A stretch of DNA of 64,000 nucleotides from Phoronis australis (GCA_002633005.1 NMRA01000189.1:402667-466666); one strand, 5' to 3'; shown: positions 14,502 through 27,911, counted from the stretch's first letter. The notes: generated by a model from the letters alone, not told the origin. Made by a program: numbers and translations.

Positions 14502-15762
14502 CACTGGGTTTAACTGTGTTCACAGGTGGTCGGTAATATAGGGCCTAGCCTGGTAAATAATTGACCTGCACGTCGTTGTAACACCAGACAATAATAAAGA
14601 CAGTGTGCTCGGCAGTTAACAAAGGAACTAGGTGTTATCAAGCGTTTCCCAAAAATGTCTGGTGAAGGCCATGAAAGCCGGGAGAATGCCCCGGCAAAAC
14701 GATGAAATTCGAGGTACACAAAATCCGCCGACGGAAGAAACTCATTAGGCTAAACCAGGGTATATAACTATGAATTATTCCGCTTTGTGTAATATCAATC
14801 AAAATTGGCTTCACTCCATGTAATAAATTCAGCATCTTTGTGAGAGGTGCCTCTGTTTTAGACGGTGGTAACGGACAATTGAGATGCCGACACCCACATT
14901 GTTTTTACACATCGGCAATAGGAAAAAACCAAAATATCAACGATAAATAAAAAGTGTGTAGTGGCCCCAGTGACCCATGGTCTTCAAAGGACGTTCAGTG
15001 ACTTTACCAGACGTAGAGTGGTTATGACCGCGTGATAACATCTAACTCCTTTGTCCACCGCCGAGCACTTTTGTCTGGGATGACAACTGCATGCACTAAG
15101 CCGACCAGGCTGACTATATTCCCTGTATCTTTTGCTTCACTTCATGGATGTTACCTGAGCTGTATGTTGGCACTTGCTGTCCTTTATAAATAATTATCCT
15201 GATGATGTCTAATGAATTGACCAAACATTGATTGAACATGAACTTTTTATTCCTGCGGTGATCGGCCAGGTTTTATAATGCACTCATAATTACTTAGCTA
15301 AACCCCATTTTTCAGCAACTTTGAGGTAGAAGTTAAAACCAAATTTCTGTCTTAAGTTACTTTCATGAAACCATAGACCATAGTGCATGACCAATCTATT
15401 GACCACAACGTCACTATTCACTAGCACCACCTGGTGTAATGTACAGTTTCACCTAGTTTACTCACTAACCGGCAAGTGGCGCCTCCCCTGGGAATTCCAT
15501 AAGAAAATATCGGAGTTGCGAATCTGTTGTCTATCATCTATTATGAAACAGACCACAGAACTGTGTACCATAGAAACTTGCAAAAAACAACATCAAGCAA
15601 AACATGGTCGCTTTTACTTTTGTCGCAAGTATCTAAGGTCTAAAGAATAGTAACTGATAATGAACTCACACTGACCAACACAGGTAAAGTTTGAATAAAT
15701 ACAACAGCTTTTCTAAAATGTAGCGAAATGTTTCGGCAGTGAAACATCTGATATTGTCAAGC

Positions 15763-15768
15763 TTTATT
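15763..15768 (-). terminator. Candidate DCPS polyadenylation signal (AATAAA)
   Basis: AATAAA on the minus strand about 210 nt past the DCPS stop codon. Confidence 0.45.
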
Positions 15769-15976
15769 CAGAGAATGGATGCCAGGATGGCTACAGGTTT
15801 TTGTGAAGTTTGTGGAAACTTATTCCATAATGAAATATTTACACAGAGATAATAAAGAGATAACCAGTCCACCAGTACAGTTTAGTGTAATGCTTCCTTG
15901 AATATTGCCAGAGTATCATCTTTTTCCCCACAAGACAGCACTGCCTACTGTAACAGAAAATGTTCAAATCATTAGA

Positions 15977-16249
15977 CTAGTCCAAAATGCGTCCTGCTTC
16001 TTTGAATTTTCTGAGAAGGTCATCGTTTTCCTTCAAGATGTAAGACAGCGTCATCTTTTGATAGTAGGCATTGTCTATTTCAATATTGTTGATTACATCA
16101 CTCAACAGGTGAGCTCTCTCCACACCTGAGCCAGGTGCATCAAACTTAACATGAGTAAAATGTACGTGCAAATGATAATAGGATGGTTGGTAGTGCAGGT
16201 AAACTCGAAGCTTGCTACTTGAAACACCATACTTCTCTTTTATGGCATT
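15977..16249 (-). CDS. DCPS: DCPS exon 4 (HIT motif, stop)
   Basis: CAG acceptor; HYQPSYYHLHVHF; TAG stop. Confidence 0.95.
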   Translation of the reverse strand, partial: NAIKEKYGVSSSKLRVYLHYQPSYYHLHVHFTHVKFDAPGSGVERAHLLSDVINNIEIDNAYYQKMTLSYILKENDDLLRKFKEAGRILD

Positions 16250-19200
16250 CTGTAAACAAAACAAATCATTCATTTCAACATGTTACTCAAATCGAGCAAA
16301 ACTTCAATACTAGTATCCTACTTGCCGACTGAAAAGTACACCAGTACAATGACAAAAAATATGAGACGGTATGATGCTTTGTAGATAACTTACATTGTGT
16401 AAATGAGAGAAGATATCCACAAAACTTTAAAATTACAAGTACTTCTAAAAATGAAACAAAATTTTGTTTTAGTTGTCTTTTATATTCAATGGAGGTGGCC
16501 TGTTGAATACCCTATTGAGACCCAAGGGATTCATTTTGGCCTGTATAGTCTACAGTAAATACACAAACAAGCTTAATCAGACAAATGATTAGTGTCAAGA
16601 AGGCTGGGCACATGCCAAATTCACAGCATTCATGACCAGAATGACACGGAATTTACCAGAAAATTAACACAACGATAACACTGATCTGTAATTGGGACTT
16701 CGCCGCAGTAACACACCATGGTGAATCAGTTTCGCTGTAAATGGAATTACCCATGATTATGGAAGGATGTATTGTGGCACATTACATTTTGCATTGTACT
16801 GTAAGCCACAGGTCTTACTAGTTCCTAACATGAACACAGTAGTAAAATATAAATTCCATACCCGCCCTTTCTCAAGTATACCCCTCAGGAGTGGTAGGTG
16901 GCTCTCATTTAAGTCTCTCAGAGACAACACATCATGGACATGACAGATGGCAACCAGGTAAAGGTTGTCCATTTGGACACCATCCCACTTCATGTCTGGA
17001 ATCAGGATAAACCCATTGATGGGGTCAGCATCTTCAAACACGATCCTCTCCGATTCTGTTCGTTTTTCTAGAATGTTGAACACCCACTGAAAACAGATAG
17101 CAATCCCATGAGGAATGAAGTGGCTGTTAGTCACTGTTCTGTCAAAAAACAACCTTATTTACATTTAGAATACTTTCTGCCATAAAATTGACATCAACTT
17201 GTTGCCAACTGAGATGAAGCTTGGAAGGACCTGGCAGTTCATAACTGTTTGACACTATGTTCGGCGAATAAAATGACCCGGCGTGACAAGCTAACTTGTA
17301 GACCTTGGTCTCAAGCAATAACAAACTGTCAGTTCATTCCAAGTGCTGTAATCACATCAATTAGCGGACTTTTCACATTGGTACTCTCTAGAGTAATGAG
17401 CGCGCGAAAGTGATTTCCGCCAGATCCCTATAGAAAGTCAGTTAATACATACACGTAGTGGTTCGTTGACCTAAACGAAGAGGAATAAATTTCCTAGTCA
17501 ACCTTTCTCATTGTTTAATTTGCTTAAGTTCTTTAGCTTTTTGACATTGGTTGGGATGAAAATTCTCTTGCTTAATCAGTCACAGCCACAGAGATATTCC
17601 TGACCAGATTTGAACCTGTGCCCTTTGGGCGCACCTGATGATAAAAAGTTGTGCCCAGCAGACTTAGTGTAATTAAAGTCGTAACATATTTAACAGAAAG
17701 CCCAAGGGCAATCGAAATAAGAAAAGAGCCATGTTTTACCCGACTGGCTGTAAGTTGCCTAGAATCTTGTATTTTTGGAAGAGTTACGTTTTAAAACGTG
17801 CATCAGCGGGTCGCACAGCTGCAATGCACTTGCACGTTTTCATTCTTTTATGCACTGATGGTGCAAAGGCGCAGTCCAGGAATATCCCTGCACTTACTAC
17901 GCAGGACGTCGATTCTTCATAACAATAGTAAATGTATTGAACATGATGGCTTTCATCCATGGATACTATGCCACTAGTGCACCCCCATTGAACAGCATTA
18001 TTATAGCAGGAAAAATATTCCAGGTTAAAACCTCAAGGGATCTGTAGGTGGCGCTGAATGCCTGTCAACCAAAGACCTGATGTTGGCCTCCAGCGGGATA
18101 GTGAATTTCAGTATGATGCATTAATTTCAAAAACTATTGGCTAAAGAACAACTTTAGACTCATTTAAATTTGTGTGACAGGCTAGTTTGTAGCAGGTTCA
18201 AACATGAACATTTTCTCTCCTTACAATTTAAATGTGAGCTACAAACATGCCAAAAAGTAACCTTCGTCATAAGGCTAAATTACCAAACAGAAGTGGTGTC
18301 ATCCACCTAATTACCAAAATCATGTCTTTTCACTTTTTCAAGTGTATAGTACATCTTTGAGTTATAAATGTTGTGGCCTGATAATTTCAGTTCCAATACT
18401 TTCATTTACCAAAAATTATTACGAAAATACGACGCGTCTGTTACCACAAATAAAAATGACAATAAAAGCATGATTCCCAAGGAAAATGAAATAAAACAAC
18501 ATTCTTTGTTTTATGTAACTTCAATCCTCAGAGCTAGTAACCTCACAAATAACATGAAATGCACCATCAAATAAATTTTGAGGGAAGGCTTGAGTTTATG
18601 GCAACTTTGAGTGTTACCTGGAATATAGGTACAGATAGTCAAACTGAAATTTAATATGCAAAGATAGCAAACCTGAACAGAAACAAAACAGATTTAATAC
18701 GTAAAGTTACCTGAATACTGAATCTCGTTGCTTTCAAGTAAGGAAGAGTTATGTTCTTGTAGTCATCCGCAGTTTCTTCAACAAGGAACATATCTTGGGA
18801 AGTATATTTCTGTATGTGTTTCTCAGTAGCAGGATATATCAGGGATACCTTTAAACCTGACAAAATAGATCACAACATTAAACTATCAAACTCAACCACA
18901 AAATAGTTAGTATATAATCAACAAATTTGGTTCTTACATACTGTTTGGTGTATATAGGAGTTCACCACTGGCATGCATGCAGGTTGCAATTTGAACACAT
19001 GAGTTATTTTAGGTAAACAGTAGATTGGCCGTAGTAAATAAATGCAATATCTGAAAGAAGTCAGTTAAACGTTATGTCCTTCATTTTGCAATGAAGTTGT
19101 GAAACAGAAAGCATCAAATACTGTTAATTGCTTTGCAAAACCAGTCCCTTCCACCTGACATGTTTACAATAGTGTCTAGTTTTAAATGTCAATGGCTAAT

Positions 19201-20846
19201 CTACAAGAAGACACATTTTCCCACCAAAACTTGTCCTTAATACGATTGGCATGAATGTTGCTGACTAGCAAGTTGACAATTATAATGTCAAACCAAGTGT
19301 GAGTGCCAATTTAATATTAGTCTCAAATGATTGCCCTCTCCAAAGCAGTATGAAACCTATAGATTAATGAAAGTTCTGGTAGACAGACAGAATTCTTTTT
19401 CGCAGAGATGAAAATTGACGAACCTGATTCTGTCAGTAGCATCCATTCTCAAACTAATGTTGCACGGAGTTGGGGCATGTGACGTGAGAGTCGGTGGCTC
19501 CGATTGGTTGACTTTAAATCAATAACAGTTGCAGGCAGTCTGGTACAGGTTGTACCAGACGTGCGAAGGCCGCTCAGGTGGGACCATTGCACTGATCTCC
19601 TGGAACTATTTTTTTTCCTTACATATAGTTAAAACCAAGCTGAGGAGCTAGAGGCCTGACTCAAGGGTCTAGCAGTTTGCTACAGTGGGAAACCACGACC
19701 TTGAGTAAATGAAGTGGACACACTGCCTCCTCGATTGGTTAAATAGGTCTTAGTATGCAACTGTATGAGGAGTCCAGTTGGAATTGTTCTGAGTCCAATT
19801 TATAAAACGATTATCAGCCTTTCTGATATGAACAGACTCTCTAATTCATCTGGTAAGTCTATCTGAAGCTCTGTCCAAGATGGAGACATATTCCCAGTCA
19901 ATAACATTTGACAAACTTTAATGACATGGTCAGTAATTGCTGATTTGTGAATGGTGCAATGAGAAGTTCTCTTCGGACTACGGCTGAAATAACTAAAGCT
20001 CTGCAAGTCCAATTCTGTCCAGAAATGCATGTACCAGATTTCGGTCGGTTTCTCCGAAGTACGCAATTGACAGCTACGGCAAGGAAAGTTATACCAAGCT
20101 CAATCAGTTATAGGTGTCTATCTGGTCCTTAGGGTGGACCAACTTAAGTTGAGGAGAGGTTTATAGGTGTCTATCTTGTCCTTAGGGTGGATCAACTGGT
20201 TGAGGAGAGATTTAACTGGACTGGCTGCGATGGAAACAAACTTACCAGATGGACATGAGTGTCTGTTCACACCAAGAAGGTCGGTAATCATTGTATGAAT
20301 ACTAGTTGGGACTTAGGACAGTTCCACCTGGACACCTCTTATATTGAAATCAAGTCGACCAATTACAGTTACCCAACCTCATCCAAGTCACATGCAACCA
20401 ACCTAACGCAACATTAGTTTAAGAACGTTCATACATTCATACATATGGTGTTTCAAATTTGAACAATGGGCAGCAAATCTTACTAGGAGCCATTTTCATG
20501 TTTTACCATTTGTTTGCGCCGGTGGAAATGCTTCGTATGATCCATAGATATCATTTTGTAAAATATTACAAAGTGAAGTTTCACTAGACAGCATCTCAGA
20601 AAGAGTTTTCCCGGTTGTTGGAAATGGTTTCTTTTCCAGAATGACAACCGCTTGATCTTCTTTATCGCGGAACTTTCCTTGAATGAAAACACACTTGTTT
20701 TTCACCTGATCTTGAAGAATTTTAGTTACTTCGAATCCTTCGAATGTAGATTTTATCGCAAATCCATTTTTAGTGGAATCGGAGCTGGAAAGCTTAGGTT
20801 TTTTGGCAGCAATTTCTTCAGCATCACCGGCTTCGCGCGAACTCAT
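15977..20846 (-). CDS. DCPS: m7GpppX diphosphatase (scavenger mRNA decapping enzyme), complete, 4 exons, 327 aa
   Basis: Exons 20846-20507, 18856-18711, 17086-16862, 16249-15977 sum to 984 nt in frame. Motifs: AVVILEKKPF, NDIYGSY, IYPATEKHIQKY, WVFNILE, PDMKWDG, SLRDLN and HIT motif HYQPSYYHLHVHF. Confidence 0.97.
16862..17086 (-). CDS. DCPS: DCPS exon 3
   Basis: CAG acceptor, GTATG donor; WVFNILEKRTESERIVFED. Confidence 0.95.
18711..18856 (-). CDS. DCPS: DCPS exon 2
   Basis: CAG acceptor, GTAAC donor; IYPATEKHIQKY. Confidence 0.95.
19631..19732 (-). mobile_element. Degenerate tRNA-derived SINE (same family as 34021-34144)
   Basis: Shares ACCAAGCTGAGGAGCTAGAG-CCTGACT...GGGTCTAGCAG and CTGCCTCCTC with the 34021 copy. 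Confidence 0.65.
19760..20400 (-). pseudogene. Decayed Penelope-like retroelement fragment (linker + GIY-YIG endonuclease)
   Basis: Frameshifted minus-strand translation gives NQLIHPKDKID (duplicated), FPCRSC..AYFGETDR, HKSAITDHV and NVIDWEYVSILDR...IRESVHIRK. Confidence 0.75.
20507..20846 (-). CDS. DCPS: DCPS exon 1
   Basis: ATG at 20846, GTAAA donor; ILEKKPF, NDIYGSY. Confidence 0.93.
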
Positions 20847-21158
20847 TTTGCTAGTGACCTAATTTCGTGACCTAAATGCCAACATTTTTAACTCACGAAG
20901 TGGGAGAACTGTCGGTGAAGAGAGAGAGGGAAGAGACACCCTGTCCCTGGATAATTATTTTTGTCTTTGCTGCAGTGTTTCAGCTCTGTGTGGTGCTAGG
21001 TGATTTTCAGCAATGCCTGTACACTAGTGGGATATGATGGACTATCATTAATTTGATTTAGAGAACCAGACATCGTGATATTTTCTTTATTATGGTATTA
21101 TGTTACTCCGCTGATTGAACGCTGTGGATTAATGTAATTGCTTAGCAGCTGAAATGAG

Positions 21159-21406
21159 CAGTGGCAGATCTACATTTTCAGTATGAGGTGGGGGTTAGGA
21201 TTCAAGCGAATCCAAGGCGCTTAGCACCGAGCAGAAGGAAGGTCGGTTGGAGTTTTCCCCCCTCTCGTGTAATATTCTTTTTGGCTTTTTGTTGCCGATT
21301 TTGTTTTTCTGGTGATCAATGTTTTTCAATTTTTGTTTTTGAAGGTGTCCCTGGGGGGGAGATGGTTTCAATCCCCTGAACCCCCCCCCATGTAGATCCG
21401 CCTCTG
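21159..21406. mobile_element. hAT-like MITE with 5-bp TSD
   Basis: 17-bp TIRs CAGTGGCAGATCTACAT / ATGTAGATCCGCCTCTG; ATGAG on both flanks (21154-21158, 21407-21411). Confidence 0.75.
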
Positions 21407-22425
21407 ATGAGGCCTGTGTTATGAGATTGAACTCTGCATTCGAGGGAAAGAATGTTCGTTCTGAGTTGTTGCATTTGGATGTTGGTCAGCGAAGTATGAT
21501 GTTGCGGTACTCGTCTTGTAGTTATTGCCCAGAAACAATGACCATTTTGCGTAATAAGTGTTGAAAATCATAATACAAGGAGTGTAATCCAATTTAGTTG
21601 TGAACTATTATCAAGTATTTAGTGAATATTTTCTAGAATTTCATTTGAATGTCATAGACAAAAGCTGAACTAAATACCTCATTTAGTTAATCATTACTTT
21701 AATAAACATACAGTAATGCTCTAGAATTAGCAGCTCTCATGAGATTTACTTACCAGTATTTGTAATTGTACATATATGCACTTAAAGCATCTGCTAACCT
21801 ACTTTCTATCTTTAAAACAACTTTTTATTTTCTCTCTTTTTTGATGCGAAATTCATCTCAAGTTCCTTATTCAACAAAGACGTGATTTCAGGGATTTCTT
21901 AGCATGTCAACTTGTATGTCCCATGGTGTCGAAGGTCTTTGAAAGCCCTGAAATCACTGTTCATTGTAGTAAGGAACATGTTGAGACGGCATTTTTTGCA
22001 GTAAATGATCTAAATCAAAAGTTTGCTTTTTGAAAGGGCTCTGGATTATAACTGTGTGAATGTGCTTTACTAAAGCGTTCATAGTATTAGCACAACAAAA
22101 TCCTTGTTGATCCCTCCTCGAACCTCTCCAAGGCATTCATTGTAATTGCAGTTCTCTATAATAAAAAATTGTATGTATGGTATGGTTTGATATATGTGAA
22201 GTGAAACTTATATGAGCGAGGTTGTCGTAATGGTGTTTGGCTGTACTTAACTTACCTTTGTTGCAGAGACATGGACTCTCTTCCATCCGTAGAGGATGTG
22301 CAACTTCACCAGTTGAGTTCAGATGCAAACTGTTTAGATATTGGACATAATGAAACCAGCCTGTGCCAGGTACATACTCTACTCGGTATATAACATCAAG
22401 GTTTATTCAATTTTCATTGTCTTAA

Positions 22426-22974
22426 AGACACTCTCTCTACTTTGTTTTAATTTAAAAACATCGTGGTTAAAACAATTAATTCATTCAAAACATTAGGTAA
22501 GCCCAAGTAATGGTCATAAAACACCTCTCAAAGTATTTTCAAACTTAACTGAATTTAATATGAATTTTTTAGTTTAATTTTTATTTTTAGTGTTCCACTG
22601 TCACCTAAAATGGCTGCCACACCATTGCATTGTTATTCGTGCGACTGTGTTTGGAGGGACTCCTTCCGGTTCTGCCTTGTTGTATTGTCGACTGCGAATT
22701 AAACTCATTAAACTTACAACTCATTGTCAAGTTTATCTGGCGAAGTAGTCACAGTGAGTGACATCTGAGTCATGCATTATGGATACTTGGTCATCTGCTG
22801 CCACATGTAATGAGGCTGCCGCTGAAATCCCGCCCCTCTTTCAAAAAACAATTAAAAAGAAATTATAAAACAAGGCAAACAAAGCAACATCTGAAAGTTA
22901 CGGAATGTTTATATATGTTATTGATATCTTTCGACTGAAAAAACTCAATAGTGAATGTAAAGGAAATAGTGTCT
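22426..22974. mobile_element. TTAA-target MITE (Kolobok-like)
   Basis: TTAA|AGACACT ... AGTGTCT|TTAA. Confidence 0.6.
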
Positions 22975-24337
22975 TTAAACTATCACTGCATCTGGATGTG
23001 GAATTGTTATATGAGAAGGCTGGTCCTACCAATGATTAGTCAGAATAACTTAAATGTGCATAATATCCAGGCCAATCTCTTGTGATCACGTGGGGAGAAA
23101 AGAGCGTTACCACAACTAATGGGTATTGGCAGATTTGTGGGAGGATAATACCAGAGTTTTCTGCCGACCCGGGCATAATTTAGGATTTTTTTCCCAGATA
23201 TACACAAGCATTTGATATTTGAAAAATTCTCGCTTTTTAAGGTGCATTTTTTGGAAAAAAACGGGTTTTTGTGCTCTCCTAAAGAAGAAGTAATGCTGTA
23301 TGCTGCCTCTTAAACTAATAACGAGATCCGACTCGGAAGGTTAACAAGGTCATATTCATTAACATACTGAATGAAGTGAGGTATGAGACAAAAGTTTTAC
23401 TGTGGGAATATTTTTCATAGTACTCTTCTCTTACAAATATATGCCTGCCTGTGTATTTGTATTTTGGTCACTGATATTTTCTGAATGTTCATGACGCAGA
23501 CAGCTTGTCCGCAGAAAACTCTTGTTTGTTTTTGGTATTTTCTTTGACTGTAAAAAATATTTTCGTTTTAAGTGCCCCCAAGTCACTTTGAGTTGATGTG
23601 TTCATAAAATAGTAAATTGATGATATTATGTTTTGATAAATGGTAACTTTTCCTTCTGAGATAATGTTATTTAGGACCATAGAAAAGTGTCCAAATGTTC
23701 CCATTGCCATATGTTAGAAATGCCTGATCAAAATTCTTATGGATTTTCAGACACTATGATTTATGCACTGTTTGTTCTCCAAAACACTTTTAAGAATTTT
23801 TTAGAATTTTTCATTTTTACATGACTGTCTATCAAAAATAAGACTTATGATTGTTGTGAAAAATCAAACTTGCATCAAATGAAATGAAATTTTTTAGAAA
23901 ATCATTGTTTTTAGATTTCATCTTGAACATTTAAATATTGAATGAAATTTGATTGCATAATATCAATAATGTTGTTTTGCTGTGGCTATCCCTTTCTGCT
24001 TTCCATATTGTACTAAAAAGGTGATGATCACATGACTCGAGTAAAGACAGATTAGTAAAAAGTTAACAATCAAAATCTACAGGCTTTCTACTCACAGAAA
24101 ACACAAAATTCTTTTACAGTGTGAATTTCTACATTTTTCTAGATATTTGTTTAATTACAAGACTTGTTGATAAGGTCTTACATACATTATCTTAAAAAAA
24201 TGAAGTGCAAACTAGTCAAATTTCAAATATGTCTTTTTGTGTAGTGACCCGATGTAGTGGATACTTAGAACATGGGTTTCAAGTTGCACTGAATACATAT
24301 TTCTGGAAAAAATTAAATCAGTTTGTTTGGCCTTCAG

Positions 24338-25189
24338 ATGCTTGGTGAAGATGGGCTAGGAGCTGAAATGCTTGGTGGTATCGGACTGCACCTGGAATGT
24401 GACGATGACCTCGTTTACAAAGTGCCCGTTTCCCCCACACTATCCCAGAAAAACGTGCGTGTACGGATATCATTTCCTTCAGCCAAGACAACCGAGGATC
24501 GGGCGGAGTCGCCGTGTTGGAAATGTGAGCAGTGCAACACGCAGTTTAAGCGAGAAACAATGCTCAAGGACCATATGGCCAGAATTCACGGTGTGAACAA
24601 TCTGTATCAGTGCGGTGTGTGTCAATATTCTGGAAATATCCATCGTCACTTGTATCATCATATGAGAAGTGTGCATAATATCAGCATATCAACTGTTGAG
24701 AAAGTGCAGCATGACTTTTCCGGTGTCAAAAAACACTTCAATGGTAGACAAATCAAGAAAGCTGACCGAGAAATTCAGGTCATGGAATCAAAGCCGCCTG
24801 TGCAGTCTATCAATAAGAAAGATGAACTTAATGTTTGTGAGAGTTGTGGCAAGTCATTTGCTTGTTCAAAGTACCTTAAGGAACACCAAAAGAGGCTTCA
24901 TAATGTTAATCGAAGGAATTACCAGTGTGACATTTGTGATAAAATGTTTAAAAAGGCTTCGTGGTTCCGAGTCCACCTTCAAATTCACAGTGGCAATTTG
25001 AACAATTACTGTAGCATTTGTGACAAGAAGTTTGCCTCAATAGATTCTCTAAAAGCACACAGCAAAGTTCATCTCTTGGAAAGAAATTTTATTTGTGAAT
25101 ACTGTAGCAAATCGTATAAAAAGAAAAATGGACTCCGTGAACATTATGCTAAGAAACATGCCCACTTGGGTACAATAAACAATCGGTGA
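24338..25189 (+). CDS. C2H2 zinc-finger protein (6 fingers)
   Basis: Open frame with CxxC...HxxxH/HxxxxH fingers starting CEQC, CGVC, CESC, CDIC, CSIC, CEYC. The ATG directly follows a CCTTCAG acceptor, so an upstream exon is likely. Confidence 0.85.
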   Translation: MLGEDGLGAEMLGGIGLHLECDDDLVYKVPVSPTLSQKNVRVRISFPSAKTTEDRAESPCWKCEQCNTQFKRETMLKDHMARIHGVNNLYQCGVCQYSGNIHRHLYHHMRSVHNISISTVEKVQHDFSGVKKHFNGRQIKKADREIQVMESKPPVQSINKKDELNVCESCGKSFACSKYLKEHQKRLHNVNRRNYQCDICDKMFKKASWFRVHLQIHSGNLNNYCSICDKKFASIDSLKAHSKVHLLERNFICEYCSKSYKKKNGLREHYAKKHAHLGTINNR

Positions 25190-27911
25190 AGATTTTCGTT
25201 TTTATGTTCTCTTCTGAAACTCAAGTAAGCCCATCTGCTGTCGAACTCTCCACTTCTCAGTGGAGGTATGAAATGCATTGCATGACCTACTTTTCAAACT
25301 GTCAAACACTCCTGAGTTGATTAGCGAAGGAAGCACTTCCAAGTTCCAGTACTGACATTTGTACTTTTTGACAATGTTTTGATGTTGGCATTGCAACTGA
25401 ACTGAAGATATAATAATACAAATTTCTTTGCATTGTAATGATGAAATACCTAACTAGGATGAGAAAGTGACCAACTGGTAGGCTTGTCTACATGTGAAAG
25501 AGCAGGACAAGTGCTTGGCAGTGTGTTGCATTGTGGGTAAATGCCTTAGAATGAGTGGTGGCACTCTACTTCAGGACAGGTCTATTCAACTCTATGTGCC
25601 ATGAACTTGATGTGAGTAGCCTAAATACCAATGTTAGATTTTGTGAAAGATTTTGGTCAATTCTGTATATTTGATATGATATCCATGATATTTTGAATCT
25701 GTGAATGTTTCATAATAATGAAATCAATCAAAAAGCGATTGTTCCTAGCAGAAGCGTGACTCAGTGAACAAATTCCAGACCAACATTTAAGCCCATAGGC
25801 GGATNTACGACTCCGTTTCCATCGTCTGCTTCACTGTGCAATGGAGAAATTACTTCATTTTTTAAAGAAAGTGGAATCTGAGTGAGTGAAGCTGCTCGTA
25901 AGATGTGAATTTTAATCGAACCCTCAGTGAATCACTCAGAAACTCATAATTCAGGCTCTTTGTCAAACCTTAAGACGATTTCCAAAGCAATCGCGTCATT
26001 AATGCCAACACAAAATAACAGATTTGGTCTTTTGAGCAATTGAAGACTATTTTTTAAAAATACAATAAATTTGTTACGAACTGATAGCACAAAATATAAA
26101 AAGTGTAATAAAAATTACAAAAAGAAGAAGGTTTCGCCCGCAAACGCTGTGGACCATAAACAAGCAGATCTCTTAGTAACTAATTAGGAGTTAAATGGTG
26201 TAACTTAACTTTCATATTTAGCAGCTTAGCCCAGTCGATCAGGCTAGATACGATCTGATCGGAGATTAGAACAAAAGAGAACCGGCCCTCCAACCATACA
26301 TGCCAGAATGGAGTTAATCAGTCATGTAAGATATTGGCTACAGGGGTGATCTCAAAGTTCCCAACTTGTTTTTGGGCTATAGAATCGTACAAGTTGTGAG
26401 CAACGGGAAAACGCCGTAATGAACTGTCCCGCTTTTTGACACACGGGCCAAATTGACACACATTTTTTTAATTTCCCACGTGACATAGCCATATTTTCCC
26501 GCTCGACTAAAAAAGAAAATAACAGATGCTTCATGGGTGTTTGCGGCACTCGAATCGATTTCCCATTCAACTATAAAACAACAACAAACGGTGTCGGGCA
26601 TTTTTGTGTGTTCTACAAAACACGCAGTCTTTGTGTGTTGCAGCGAACATTTCATCCTTACGTTTTGGCTATAGTCCCCCGACTTATTTCAATGTTGTGC
26701 CCCTCGTGTCATCCTGAAGTCTCGCTTTTCGATGCAGTTGTTCCGGCGTACTTTCGTTCTTGAATGTTGACCGTGTCAGCTATGCAACAGGTGATGCGTT
26801 GTTTCTTTTTATATATATATTGTTATTTTTCAGAGTACACTTTCTTCAGAGTACCGTAACAATCTTAAAATGTGTTCCAATGTATGTTGTTTATCATGAA
26901 CAATCCGGCTTAAACATGTGGTCCAGTAACATACTACTACATGAATGAGGATCACTAATTTTTACGTTCTGAAGAAAAAGGGTTTACAGTATTTCTAGAC
27001 TTACATGAAAAGTCTTACCCTGCAACCAGTGTGATGAGCTATCCAAAGTAAATTTCAAAGCTACGTGATCTGTTTGCCCACTTATACATATATCAGATAA
27101 CCTTTGTCTGCAAATTTCGGATAGATACTTGGACAAGTTTATCGCATTTTGTAAATGTTACTGCATTCTGAATTTTATTAAACAATTGTATCAAACGGCA
27201 CCAAAGGTCCATTTATTTATATAATTTTGGACGAGTGCCTGACTAAATTATCCACAGCAAGTGTGTGGGATCCATATTCGAAAACCCTAGGTAAAAATCC
27301 TGAATCGTTCAGTTGAAAGTCTTTCCCTAATGGCTAACTAGTCAAATATATAACCTCTCTGGTTCATTTCATTTTTTATATTACTATTACACGCTGTTGT
27401 TTTTCGCATTTTGGTAACACTCTTGGTTTTTGGAATTGAAAAATAGTTTGAACCAGTCAGGTATGCGAAGTGATAATTAATTACTTATGAATTAAATTAT
27501 TTATCTTTAGCTTCTGGTATGATCATGAAGAACAGGCAAAGGGCTTTCTAGTGATATGGCTTTATGCACCCGGCGGTTGACGGCGGAGTTCATGTTGCGA
27601 AAAGTTTTAATGGCGATAACTTACATGTCAACTAATACAGAAATTACGTATTTGCTACGTATTTTGTCATTTCTGTAGTGCTACGCCGCCGGGCCAAAAT
27701 GCTACTTATGTTCGACAAGGCCAAATGAGTTGCCAAGGAGTATACACTCAGAGCCACTCATAGAGTAGTTTAGGTACACCATGCAATGAATTTTGATACT
27801 GATCCTTGACCATACTTTGACTCGTTTTCACCAGTTCCGTGTTTTTTAACAAAAATTGCTATGGTTAGAGCAAAAAATGGTTGACATGTATGCACTTAAT
27901 TCCTTATCAAG

